Shown: positions 33,081 to 41,856 of the stretch, in pieces
How the letters are laid out: the number at the start of each line of letters is the position of its first letter
Position numbering within the stretch: the stretch's first letter is position 1
From: a virus
Virus record (IMG/VR): IMGVR_UViG_3300038393_002515
Length of the DNA stretch: 64,000 bases
Strand: one strand, 5' to 3'
Made by a program: the position numbers and the translations under genes
Notes under the pieces: generated by a model
Databases searched by the model: none
What the model was told of the DNA's origin: nothing
Seen by the model: only the letters and a program-made list of their open reading frames with translations

Positions 33081-33515
33081 ATGACCGACACCACCGCCAC
33101 CGCCACCCCCACCGCCGACGACGCCCCCGCCACCGGCCACCGCGTCACCTGGATGGACACCACCACCGGCCGCGTGTACTCCCGCGTCGTCCTCACCGAC
33201 CTGGAGGCGCTCCACATGATCGAGGCCGCCACCCTGTACGCCAACCTGGAGCCCCTCGGCTGCACCCCCGCCCCCGACTGGACCCGCTACGGCACCGGGC
33301 GCGCCCTGGCCGACGCCATCGCCGCCGGACGCGCCCGCCAGACCGCCGACCTGATCGCCGAATGGGAGCGCACCGCCCGCCCCTGGAGGCGCGCCAACAG
33401 CAACCTCACCGAGCGCCTCCAGGGCCACGCCCGCATCACCGGCGCCGCCATGCCCGACCCCGGCGACTGGGAGGCCGTCGCCGCCTACGTCACCGCCGCC
33501 CGCACCACCGCCTAG
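33081..33515 (+). CDS. hypothetical protein (cassette array 3)
   Basis: CCCAGGAGCGCCCCGCC-ATG. N-terminal TPTADDAP..VTWM is similar to cassette 2 (APTADDD..IVWM). Confidence 0.55.
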   Translation: MTDTTATATPTADDAPATGHRVTWMDTTTGRVYSRVVLTDLEALHMIEAATLYANLEPLGCTPAPDWTRYGTGRALADAIAAGRARQTADLIAEWERTARPWRRANSNLTERLQGHARITGAAMPDPGDWEAVAAYVTAARTTA

Positions 33516-33537
33516 CCGCCCGCCAGCGCCCCCAGGA

Positions 33538-33570
33538 GCGCCCCGCACGCCCACACCGGGCCCGGGGCGC
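33538..33570 (+). terminator. cassette-junction hairpin
   Basis: GCGCCCCG / CGGGGCGC. The left arm is part of a decayed CAGGAGCGCCCC junction with no start codon behind it. Confidence 0.45.
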
Positions 33571-33607
33571 CCCCGACCCCCCGACGGCCCGCCAGCGCCC
33601 CGCCAGA

Positions 33608-33702
33608 CAGCGCGGAGCGCTGGCCCCCGGGACACCGTGGCGCGGAGCGCCACAGCCACCCGCCGCCGCGTAGCGGAGGAGCGCCGAGCCTGCGGAGCAG
33701 GC
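33608..33702 (+). other. three hairpins with identical GGA triloops in a 240-bp non-coding gap
   Basis: CAGCGC-GGA-GCGCTG (33608-33622), GTGGCGC-GGA-GCGCCAC (33637-33653), GCCTGC-GGA-GCAGGC (33688-33702). Confidence 0.5.
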
Positions 33703-33756
33703 CGCGCGCCCAGGAGACACCCGACCACCCGCCCCGCCACACCAGGAGCGCGCGCC

Positions 33757-34269
33757 ATGGACTACACCCTGACCGTCACCCGGCCCGGCCAGCCCACCGA
33801 CCCCGACCCCCGCCACCACACCGACGCCACCGCCGCCCTGCTGATCACCACGGCGCTGCGCCAGGGGCTCACCCTCACCGCCGACGCCGACACCGGCCGG
33901 ATCACCCTCACCGACGACGGCCGCCGCGTCACCCTCACCCCCGCCGCGCCCCTGCCCGCCTGGACGACCGCGCAGCGCCGCGAGACGCTCGCCCTGGCCG
34001 CCAGCGACGAGCCCCTCGTGTGGCGCTACGGCCGCAGCAACGTCGCCCGCCTCGCCGACGGCCCCCGCTGGCTCACCCACTCCACCACCATGGCGCTCCT
34101 GCGCGGCGGCTACCTCACCGACCCCGCCCAGGGCGCGCCCCGCCTCACCCTGCTCGCGTACCTCACCCTCGGCACCCGCCCCAGCACCCGCCCCAAGGCC
34201 GTCCGCGACGAGGCCCTCGCCGCCATGCTCCGCAACGTCTACCGCCAGCCCACCCCCGCACCGGCCTGA
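33757..34269 (+). CDS. hypothetical protein (cassette array 4)
   Basis: CCAGGAGCGCGCGCC-ATG 33757, in frame with ORF 33637..34269. Confidence 0.55.
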   Translation: MDYTLTVTRPGQPTDPDPRHHTDATAALLITTALRQGLTLTADADTGRITLTDDGRRVTLTPAAPLPAWTTAQRRETLALAASDEPLVWRYGRSNVARLADGPRWLTHSTTMALLRGGYLTDPAQGAPRLTLLAYLTLGTRPSTRPKAVRDEALAAMLRNVYRQPTPAPA

Positions 34270-34279
34270 GCGCCCCGCC

Positions 34280-34308
34280 GCGCCCCGCCCACGACCCGGA
34301 CGGGGCGC
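34280..34308 (+). terminator. cassette-junction hairpin
   Basis: GCGCCCCG / CGGGGCGC. Confidence 0.45.
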
Positions 34309-34358
34309 AGCACCCCCGAACCCCCGACAGCCCGCCACACAGCCCCAGGAGCCCGCCC

Positions 34359-34685
34359 GTGCCCACCGCCCGAATCCTCATCCCCGCCGAGTACCTCGAC
34401 GCCCACCGCGCCGACCCGCACCCCGACATGCCCGCCGCCCTGCTGGCCCTCCTCGCCGACGCCGACACCATCGGCCCGGCCAGCAACCGCCGCGCCGTCG
34501 TCCACGTCCCCGCCGAACACCTGCCCGCCCTCGACGCCATCGCCCTCGCCCAGTTCACCGAGTGGGGCGACACCTACACCCGCCACCGCCGCAACATGCC
34601 CGCCGACGAGGCCGAGGCCCTGCGCCGCCTCTCCCGCGCCGCCTACCAGGTCCACCACCAGGCCCGCTACGCCGCCAACCGCTGA
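34359..34685 (+). CDS. hypothetical protein (cassette array 5)
   Basis: CCCAGGAGCCCGCCC-GTG 34359, in frame with ORF 34020..34685. Confidence 0.5.
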   Translation: MPTARILIPAEYLDAHRADPHPDMPAALLALLADADTIGPASNRRAVVHVPAEHLPALDAIALAQFTEWGDTYTRHRRNMPADEAEALRRLSRAAYQVHHQARYAANR

Positions 34686-34715
34686 CACCCGCCACACACC
34701 CGAGGAGCGCCCCCG

Positions 34716-35135
34716 ATGACCCGCCCCGCCCGCCGCCCCGGCATCCACGCCAAGTGCGGCGCCACCGAACCCCGCCTCGGCTACACCCTCATGTGCGCCC
34801 GCTCCCCACAGCACATCCACAGCGCCGACCCCGAGCGCCGCAAGCACTACGACCCCGGCCACGAGGAGACGTGGACCGAGGAACGCCCCGCGCCGACCGG
34901 CATCCTGCCGCCGCCCGGCAAGACCTACGCCACCCGCCGCGTCACCGGCCGCCCCGGCTGGCACTGGGTGTACGACAGCGCCGGGAAGCTGCGCGCCATG
35001 GCCGAGCGCCGCCCCTCCTGGTGGCACCTGTACTGGGCCAGCGACGAGGAGCCCGGCGCGCACGGCGCGCCCCAGCGGTACGAGACCCTTGCCGACGGCG
35101 CCGACGCCTACACCTGCACGCCCGCCGACCAGTGA
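34716..35135 (+). CDS. hypothetical protein (cassette array 6)
   Basis: CCGAGGAGCGCCCCCG-ATG. Confidence 0.55.
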   Translation: MTRPARRPGIHAKCGATEPRLGYTLMCARSPQHIHSADPERRKHYDPGHEETWTEERPAPTGILPPPGKTYATRRVTGRPGWHWVYDSAGKLRAMAERRPSWWHLYWASDEEPGAHGAPQRYETLADGADAYTCTPADQ

Positions 35136-35222
35136 CCCGGAGCGCCCCGCCGACCGCCACGGCCGGGCGTAGCCTCACCCCGGGCCCGCCAGCCCGCCAA
35201 TACGCCCCAGGAGCAACCCGCC

Positions 35223-35462
35223 ATGCCCCACCCCGACGACGAGACCGACGAGGAGCAGGCCCGCACCGCGCGGCTCCTGCGCATCCCGGCCGATCGGATC
35301 GCCTACTACAGCGCCGAGACCGTGTGCGCCTGGCTCCTCGCCCGCAACGAGCAGCACCGCACCCGACTGCGCGCCGCCTGCCAGGAGTTGCGGGCAGCGG
35401 CCGCCCAGGAGCGTTGCGCCCTTGCTGCGCTCTACCGCGCCACCGCCCAGGAGCGCCCCTGA
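35223..35462 (+). CDS. hypothetical protein (cassette array 7)
   Basis: CCCAGGAGCAACCCGCC-ATG. Confidence 0.55.
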   Translation: MPHPDDETDEEQARTARLLRIPADRIAYYSAETVCAWLLARNEQHRTRLRAACQELRAAAAQERCALAALYRATAQERP

Positions 35463-35773
35463 TGGCCGTCATCGACGGCCGCCAGAGCTGGCAGCGCCTG
35501 CGCCCCGCCACCCTCGCCCAGCTCGCCGCGACCATGACCGCCCCGGAGATCGCCGACATGTTCGGCGTCCCCCTGGGCACCGTCCGCTCGCGCCTCGCCG
35601 CCCACCGCATCACCGCCCGCTCCGCCCGCCCGGCAGCCAGCCCTCGGCCCGCCATCCCCCGATGCTCCGCCCCGCTCGCCCTCACCGGCGCACCCTGCGC
35701 CGCCCCGCTCGACCCCGACGGCTCGTGCCGCTGGGCTCACCAGCACACCGACCACACCGCCCAGGAGGCGTGA
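35462..35773 (+). CDS. small sigma-70-region-4/LuxR-type HTH DNA-binding protein
   Basis: MTAPEIADMFGVPLGTVRSRLA HTH. ATG 35462 shares one nt with the upstream TGA and is preceded by CAGGAGCGCCCC. Confidence 0.55.
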   Translation: MAVIDGRQSWQRLRPATLAQLAATMTAPEIADMFGVPLGTVRSRLAAHRITARSARPAASPRPAIPRCSAPLALTGAPCAAPLDPDGSCRWAHQHTDHTAQEA

Positions 35774-35777
35774 CCCC

Positions 35778-36167
35778 GTGAAGATCCGGATCACCCGTGC
35801 CGCCGCCGAGTTCACCGTGCGCGGCACGATCGGGCGCGGCCCGCACCTCGCCTACGGTCGCAACCTCGAACACACCATGACCGCCGAGGAGTTCACCGCC
35901 ACGGTGCGCCCCTGGGCCGACGGCGACGGCCCGGCCCGCTGGTCGGTGGCCACGCTCACCATCGAGGGCCGCGCGGTCGACGGCCGCCGCATCACCCCCG
36001 CATGGCAGGCCCGGGGGTTCTACTCCCCACTCGAAGTCCCCGACGCCGACACGCCCGCATGGTTGCTCGACCTCGCCCGCGCCTGCCTGCCCGCCCAGGA
36101 CGCGCCCGCCGTCCCCGTGCGCCCGTTCACCATCCACGCCACGACCGCCCAGGAGCAGCCCCGATGA
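35778..36167 (+). CDS. hypothetical protein
   Basis: CAGGAGG-N9-GTG 35778. Confidence 0.55.
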   Translation: MKIRITRAAAEFTVRGTIGRGPHLAYGRNLEHTMTAEEFTATVRPWADGDGPARWSVATLTIEGRAVDGRRITPAWQARGFYSPLEVPDADTPAWLLDLARACLPAQDAPAVPVRPFTIHATTAQEQPR

Positions 36168-36568
36168 ACCGCGACGACATGGCCGCCGTGCGCGCCACCG
36201 CCGACCGCCGCGAGGCCGAGTACCGCGCCCACTTCGACGGCTGCCCCGACTGCCCCGGCAGCCCGGACGGCGAGTGCGCCCGCGCCCAGGAGCTGTACCG
36301 CGCCTGGACCGCCGCCCGGGAACTCTCCACCCTCCGCTGCCAGCCCGGCCAGGACCAGCCGCAGGAGCACCCGCGCCCGCCGCACGACCTCATGGCCACC
36401 ATCGCTGCCGCCGAGACCGAACACGCCCGGCTGGTCGCCCTCCTCATCGCCGGAGGCCAGACCAAGGAGGCTGCCTGGCAAGCCGTCGACCGCCTGATCA
36501 TCGCTCTGCGCGACGCCGATGACGCTCGCGCGCTGATCGCCGCCAAGGCTCCCCGGGAGCAGCCGTGA
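36164..36568 (+). CDS. hypothetical protein
   Basis: ATGA overlap at 36164; CAGGAGCAGCCCCG upstream. Confidence 0.55.
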   Translation: MNRDDMAAVRATADRREAEYRAHFDGCPDCPGSPDGECARAQELYRAWTAARELSTLRCQPGQDQPQEHPRPPHDLMATIAAAETEHARLVALLIAGGQTKEAAWQAVDRLIIALRDADDARALIAAKAPREQP

Positions 36569-37005
36569 CCGTCCAGCCGCCCGCGCCGCGCCCCTGCGCC
36601 TCCTGCCCGTACCGCACCGACGTCCCGGCGGGCGTCTGGGCCGCCAGCGAGTACGCCAAGCTCGGCGCCTACGACGAGCCGACCCACCTGCAGCCCGCCG
36701 GTCTCTTCCTGTGCCACCAGACCGACCACGACGACGAGCGCGCCCGGGTGTGCTCGGGCTGGGCCGGATGCCACGACATGGACGAGAGCATGGCGCTGCG
36801 CGTCGCCGCCGTCTCCGGTGAGATCAGCGCCGAGGCCGTCCAGACGGTCCGCGACTACGTCTCGCCGGTGCCGCTGTTCGCCTCCGGCACCCAGGCCGCC
36901 GCCCACGGCATGAGCGGCATCGAGGAGCCCGGCGAGGACGCCCGGCGGGTGATTCGGAAGATCGAACGCACCCGAACCGACCTCACTACTGGCAAGGAGG
37001 GCTGA
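36565..37005 (+). CDS. Cys-rich hypothetical protein
   Basis: GTGA overlap at 36565; CASCPYR...LFLCH...CSGWAGC. Confidence 0.55.
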   Translation: MTVQPPAPRPCASCPYRTDVPAGVWAASEYAKLGAYDEPTHLQPAGLFLCHQTDHDDERARVCSGWAGCHDMDESMALRVAAVSGEISAEAVQTVRDYVSPVPLFASGTQAAAHGMSGIEEPGEDARRVIRKIERTRTDLTTGKEG

Positions 37006-37006
37006 G

Positions 37007-37204
37007 ATGGGACGCGGGAAGCCGCGCGTGAGCAACGCCGCCGTGCAGACGCGCAAGGCCGTCCTGGACGCGCTGCAGGCGGGCAAGCCGCTGACCGAAC
37101 CGGAGGCGCGCGCCCTGGTGGAGGAGCTGGAGCGCGAGTACCGGCACTCCGGATGGAGCGAGGGCTACGACGAGGGCCACCACGACGGGACCTGGCAGGA
37201 CTGA
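37007..37204 (+). CDS. hypothetical small protein
   Basis: AAGGAGGGCTGAG-ATG. Confidence 0.5.
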   Translation: MGRGKPRVSNAAVQTRKAVLDALQAGKPLTEPEARALVEELEREYRHSGWSEGYDEGHHDGTWQD

Positions 37205-37228
37205 CCTGCGAAAACACAGGAATTCACC

Positions 37229-37272
37229 GAACCCCACCCTAACGCAGCTATAGATGCGCTAGGGTGGGGTTC
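37229..37272. promoter_or_regulatory. mirrored copy 12: 44-bp near-perfect palindrome with TAGGGTG boxes facing both ways
   Basis: GAACCCCACCCTAACGCAGCTA|TAGATGCGCTAGGGTGGGGTTC; two mismatches per 22-nt arm; no TTGAC on either side. Confidence 0.55.
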
Positions 37273-37346
37273 GTTGGCAGCGAGACCGGGTGTCCGACCC
37301 GTCCTCTACGCTGCCCTCCACCACCCCGCCTAGGAGAACAAGACAC

Positions 37347-38225
37347 ATGGGACTCCCGAAGGTCGACGAGGCCACCACCATCGCCCTGGAAGCCATCCGC
37401 GACGCCGCCCCCGCCCTGCTCACCGTGACCGAGGTCTCCAAGAAGGTCGCCTCGGCCGCCGACGTCTCCGTCGGCACCGCCCGCAGCCGGGTGCGCGCCG
37501 CCTTCGAGGCGGGCGGGCTCCTCGAACTCAAGCCCTGGTCGCGGAAGTTCTTCATCGAGCTGCCCGGCGCGGAGGCCGCCGGTCTCGGCCCGTTCTACAT
37601 CGCCCGCGAGTGGACGGGGACCGGCCGCGAACACCGCCACGTGATCACCACCGACGACAGCGCGATGCGCCCCAGCTCCTACGGCCCCGGCAACACCACG
37701 TACGTGGCCGACCCCGAGCAGATCCGCGAGTACGTCCAGCGGCTCACCGACGAGAAGAAGGCCAAGGAGGACGCCGAGGCCGAGGCTTGGAGGAACGACA
37801 GGAAGGCGCAGGTCAAGGAGATCGCCCGTCGCTTCCCCGGACTGCGCAAGGCGCTGCGCATGCTCGAACTTCTCGGCACCTTCGCCAACCCGACCGACGC
37901 GCACGGCTCCATGCTGACCGCCAGGGTGTACCTGGACACCTCCCGCCACCAGGCTCAGGACGCGCCGGTCTCCGAGCGGAACTCGAACATGGTGATCCAG
38001 GTGGAGGGTGACGAGAACGTGGGCATCCTGCAGACGATCCTGAGCGCCGGGCTCTCCTCCCTCCTCGCGGAACAGCCCGTCACCCACTGCAAGCACTGCT
38101 CGGGCCGCATCCTGTACGCCCAGGCCAGGTTCGGCACCGGCTGGTGGCACGTCGACACCACCAACGGCTCCTGCGGCGAGGACACCGACACCAAGGCCGA
38201 GCCCGCCGAGACCGAGGAGAACTGA
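37347..38225 (+). CDS. hypothetical protein with N-terminal winged-helix-like segment and C-terminal CxxC pair
   Basis: CCCGCCTAGGAG-N10-ATG 37347; first gene to the right of the 44-bp palindrome. Confidence 0.6.
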   Translation: MGLPKVDEATTIALEAIRDAAPALLTVTEVSKKVASAADVSVGTARSRVRAAFEAGGLLELKPWSRKFFIELPGAEAAGLGPFYIAREWTGTGREHRHVITTDDSAMRPSSYGPGNTTYVADPEQIREYVQRLTDEKKAKEDAEAEAWRNDRKAQVKEIARRFPGLRKALRMLELLGTFANPTDAHGSMLTARVYLDTSRHQAQDAPVSERNSNMVIQVEGDENVGILQTILSAGLSSLLAEQPVTHCKHCSGRILYAQARFGTGWWHVDTTNGSCGEDTDTKAEPAETEEN

Positions 38226-38228
38226 CCC

Positions 38229-38660
38229 ATGCGCACGTCCGCCACCTGCCCCGGCTGCAGGCAGTACCCCGTCACCGTCACGCCGACCGGCGCGCTGCGC
38301 GCCCACGACTCCGGCAACGGCATCCCGTGCCCCGGCAAGGGCTTCCGCCTCGACCAGCCCATCTACCCGCAGCTCATCAAGCTGTGGGGCTGGGAGACCG
38401 GCCAGAAGCTCATGAAGCAGGAGTTCCCCGAGTGGGTGTCGCCGATGGACAGCGGCCCGCACCCTATCGGCACCCTGCAGAAGCTGGTCCTCAAGGCGTA
38501 CCCCAGCGCTGACGCCTTCGGGTACACCAGCGGCCGGGGCATCACCTTCTGCGTCAGCAAGCGCTGGTACTTCGCCACGCCGGACGGCCACGTCGGCGAG
38601 AAGTACCCCACCCGCGTCGCCGCCGCCGACGCCGCCGACGAGTACCTCAAGGAGAAGTGA
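38229..38660 (+). CDS. hypothetical protein
   Basis: GAGGAGAACTGACCC-ATG. Confidence 0.55.
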   Translation: MRTSATCPGCRQYPVTVTPTGALRAHDSGNGIPCPGKGFRLDQPIYPQLIKLWGWETGQKLMKQEFPEWVSPMDSGPHPIGTLQKLVLKAYPSADAFGYTSGRGITFCVSKRWYFATPDGHVGEKYPTRVAAADAADEYLKEK

Positions 38661-38662
38661 TC

Positions 38663-39019
38663 ATGGACGACAACCGCCTGCACTCCGACGAGGACCGCGA
38701 GGACCGCGAGGACGCCCTGCCCAAGTGGGCGCAGCTCAAGCTCGACCTGTACCGGCGGCGCCTCACCGACGAGCGGAAGATCAACGCCGAGCTCAGCGGT
38801 GACGTCGAGGAGAGCGACACCCTCATCCGGTGGCACGGCATCCGCGCCGACCACCTGCTGCCCCGCCGCGCCGAGATCACCTTCCTCCCCGACCTCACCC
38901 GCCCGGACCACGCGATCGACTGCACCATGCGCGACGGCGTGCTGCGCGTCCACGGCAGCAGGACCCTGGTCATCAAGCCGAGCGTGACCAACGCCCTCAC
39001 CATCGAGCTGGAGAAGTGA
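38663..39019 (+). CDS. hypothetical protein
   Basis: AAGGAGAAGTGATC-ATG 38663. Confidence 0.55.
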   Translation: MDDNRLHSDEDREDREDALPKWAQLKLDLYRRRLTDERKINAELSGDVEESDTLIRWHGIRADHLLPRRAEITFLPDLTRPDHAIDCTMRDGVLRVHGSRTLVIKPSVTNALTIELEK

Positions 39020-39021
39020 TC

Positions 39022-39261
39022 ATGGCCGACGACTTCGCCCCGCGCGCCGCTGCCGATGTCACCGACGAACTCGTCCAACAGGCCCTCGGCATCGTGGAGG
39101 GCTGGTACGACGAGGGCCCGATCGACTGGGAGGACGTCTGGGACCGGCTGGAGCGCCGCGTCCTCGACGACGGCCGGGGCATCGACCTTGGCGAGGACCT
39201 CGGCTCGCCCGCCCTCAAGGCCCTCCAGCGCCGCGTGCGCGCCGCCCGCAAGGAGAACTGA
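39022..39261 (+). CDS. hypothetical acidic protein
   Basis: GGAGAAGTGATC-ATG 39022, in frame with ORF 38830..39261. Confidence 0.55.
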   Translation: MADDFAPRAAADVTDELVQQALGIVEGWYDEGPIDWEDVWDRLERRVLDDGRGIDLGEDLGSPALKALQRRVRAARKEN

Positions 39262-39263
39262 TC

Positions 39264-39551
39264 ATGTCGTTCAGCATGAGCACCCGCCGGGACGGGCGGC
39301 TGGGAGCCAAGACCGGTGCGCAGCCGGTCACGGTGTGGGGGTCCGACGCGGACGGCGGGGAGGACGGTCTGCCGGTCGTCGTCGCCCGTGGCTCGGTCCG
39401 CGTTCACCGCGACGGCCCCGAACTGTGCACCGTCACGACCCCTGAGGGCGTGATGTTCGAGGCCGCCGAGACGTCCTGGGCGCCGCTGCGCGGCGAGTGG
39501 ACGATCGAGGCCCGCAGGATCGATCCGGCCCCGGGGAGTCCCGGTGAGTGA
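39264..39551 (+). CDS. hypothetical protein
   Basis: AAGGAGAACTGATC-ATG. Confidence 0.55.
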   Translation: MSFSMSTRRDGRLGAKTGAQPVTVWGSDADGGEDGLPVVVARGSVRVHRDGPELCTVTTPEGVMFEAAETSWAPLRGEWTIEARRIDPAPGSPGE

Positions 39552-39771
39552 GCCCAGGATCATCCAGCCGGTCAGGCCGACCCGGCCGAGCTACAGTCTG
39601 CGGGAGGCCGAGTTGCTGATGCGGATTCTCCTGAGCAGCGGGCATCCGCAGGCCGAGCATCTGGTCACCAAGCTGGTCACCGCCGCTGAACAGCCCGGGG
39701 CGTACATAGAGTTGATGGAGCGTGTGCGGGCCTCGGTCATCTTGAATCACGAAGGGCCTCGCACCCCGTAG
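39544..39771 (+). CDS. hypothetical protein
   Basis: GTG 39544 after GGGGAG. Its TAG stop is part of the TAGACA of promoter copy 13. Confidence 0.5.
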   Translation: MSEPRIIQPVRPTRPSYSLREAELLMRILLSSGHPQAEHLVTKLVTAAEQPGAYIELMERVRASVILNHEGPRTP

Positions 39772-39798
39772 ACACGCATCTATGTGTGCGTTAGGGTG
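39769..39798 (+). promoter_or_regulatory. conserved promoter-operator element, copy 13
   Basis: TAGACA-CGCATCTATGTGTGCGT-TAGGGTG; same variant right half-site as copy 1. Confidence 0.6.
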
Positions 39799-39885
39799 GG
39801 GTTCGTTCTCAGGTGCTCAGGCCCGCCAGCCGGGCACCTGGTGACACCACCACCAGCCTCGACCCGCCACGAGGAGAACCTCACC

Positions 39886-40089
39886 ATGCCCATGCGTGAC
39901 TTCCTGGGCTTCCTGCCCATACTCCCGTCCGCGCTGACGCCCGCCGTCTGGCTGTGGCTGCACCACCACTACGCCGACACGCCCCAGGGCCGCGCCCTGT
40001 GCAGCAACCTGACCGTCCTGTACCTGGTCCTCACCGTCATCCTGGCCCTCGTCGGCCGCGCCTGGTCGGCCCCGAGGAGCGAGCGGTGA
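39886..40089 (+). CDS. small two-TM membrane protein
   Basis: GAGGAG-N9-ATG; hydrophobic FLGFLPILPSALTPAVWLWL and LTVLYLVLTVILALV. Confidence 0.55.
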   Translation: MPMRDFLGFLPILPSALTPAVWLWLHHHYADTPQGRALCSNLTVLYLVLTVILALVGRAWSAPRSER

Positions 40090-40424
40090 GCGACGACGGC
40101 CGCAGAGAGTGGGTCGAAGCCAACCGCGCCCGCTTCGCCGAACTCCTCATCCCCCGCGCGTTCCTGGCCGCCAGCGCCGTCGCGGACGAGCCCGACGCCC
40201 CCGAGGAGCTGAACGCCCGGCTCGGCGTCGCCTCCGGGTGCCGCCCGGCCGCCGGGGACTGCGTGCGCATCGACTGGCCCGTCGACCTTCTGACGCCACT
40301 CGCCGACTACGCCGAGGACTGCGCCCGTGCCTGGAGCACCGGCCGCACCTGGCGCACCGCGCACATCGCCGCCGGTGCCCTCGCCACCCACACCCGCCAC
40401 ATGATCGCCAGGGAGTCCCAGTGA
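40086..40424 (+). CDS. hypothetical protein
   Basis: GTGA overlap at 40086. Confidence 0.55.
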   Translation: MSDDGRREWVEANRARFAELLIPRAFLAASAVADEPDAPEELNARLGVASGCRPAAGDCVRIDWPVDLLTPLADYAEDCARAWSTGRTWRTAHIAAGALATHTRHMIARESQ

Positions 40425-40744
40425 TGCAGCCCATCACCATGGAGGAGGCCGCCGACCTCGGCGTGCCGGAGTGCTTCTCCGCCGAGTTCGCCTTCCACGA
40501 GCGCAACGGGACGCTGCCGCCGTACGCGGGGCCGGTCGAACGGGACTGGGGCAGCGACGCCTACGACCTCTACCCCGAGCCGCCGGTGTACGAACCGCAT
40601 CCCGACGAGGCCCCGGAGCGCAAGCCGTGCCAGGGCCCGGCGCGCACCTTCGAGTTCCTCGGGATGCCGGAGCGCTGGCGCGCTCACGAAGGGGGCTGCT
40701 GGGACCTGCACGTCCCCAGCGAGTCCTGCCCGCCGCCGTTCTGA
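40424..40744 (+). CDS. hypothetical protein
   Basis: ATG 40424 shares one nt with the upstream TGA; in frame with ORF 40109..40744. Confidence 0.55.
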   Translation: MQPITMEEAADLGVPECFSAEFAFHERNGTLPPYAGPVERDWGSDAYDLYPEPPVYEPHPDEAPERKPCQGPARTFEFLGMPERWRAHEGGCWDLHVPSESCPPPF

Positions 40745-40753
40745 GAGGACGCC

Positions 40754-41217
<464 letters not shown>

Positions 41218-41335
41218 CGCCCGGTCCGCCCCGCCTGTACCACGGGGCCTCGGGATTCACCATCCGGGGCGGACACCATGCGCGCCGCCGCTACGGTGCG
41301 CAGCAGCAACACCCGTATCCCAAGGGGGGATTCAC

Positions 41336-41818
41336 ATGAAGGCCACCAAGCTGAACCGGTACTTCTTCCCGGTCATCACGCTCGCCGCCACGGTGCTGCT
41401 CACCGCGTGCGAGGCGGGCACCGGCAGCGACGGCTCCAGCCCGGCGCCGACGAAGACGGTCACCATGTCCCCGTCGCCGACGTCGGCCGACGACGCCCTC
41501 AAGAAGATCCAGGAGCACAACAAGAAGGGCCAGGACGACCTGAAGAAGGCGATCGAGGAGGCCTCGAAGTCGGCCGCCGCCGCCGCTCCCGAGACCGGCA
41601 CGCTGCCGGACTTCGTCGGCATGGACCTGCAGGACGCCCAGGACTCCGCGCAGGCCGCCGGGTTCTACAACCTGCGCGACAAGGACGCCTCCGGCCAGGG
41701 CCGGTTCCAGATCCTCGACCACGACTGGAAGGTCTGCTCCCAGGAGCCCGCCCCCGGCAGCCACGGCCTGGAGATCACCGTGACCATGTACGCGGTCAAG
41801 AAGTACGAGTCCTGCTGA
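41336..41818 (+). CDS. lipoprotein with C-terminal PASTA-like domain
   Basis: MKATKLNRY..LLTAC lipobox. LPDFVGMDLQDAQDSAQAAGF...VCSQEPAPG is PASTA-like. Confidence 0.65.
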   Translation: MKATKLNRYFFPVITLAATVLLTACEAGTGSDGSSPAPTKTVTMSPSPTSADDALKKIQEHNKKGQDDLKKAIEEASKSAAAAAPETGTLPDFVGMDLQDAQDSAQAAGFYNLRDKDASGQGRFQILDHDWKVCSQEPAPGSHGLEITVTMYAVKKYESC

Positions 41819-41856
41819 ACCGCCACCAACCACCACATCCCTAGGGGGGATCGACC

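Noticed and set aside
4154-33650. Recurrence of the 9-mer GCGCGGAGC (around 4154, 4208, 33610, 33640) as a possible shared regulatory word.
   Set aside because: My rough estimate for an almost pure G/C 9-mer in DNA this GC-rich is a few chance hits per 64 kb on both strands. Only the hairpin context at 33.6 kb was retained.
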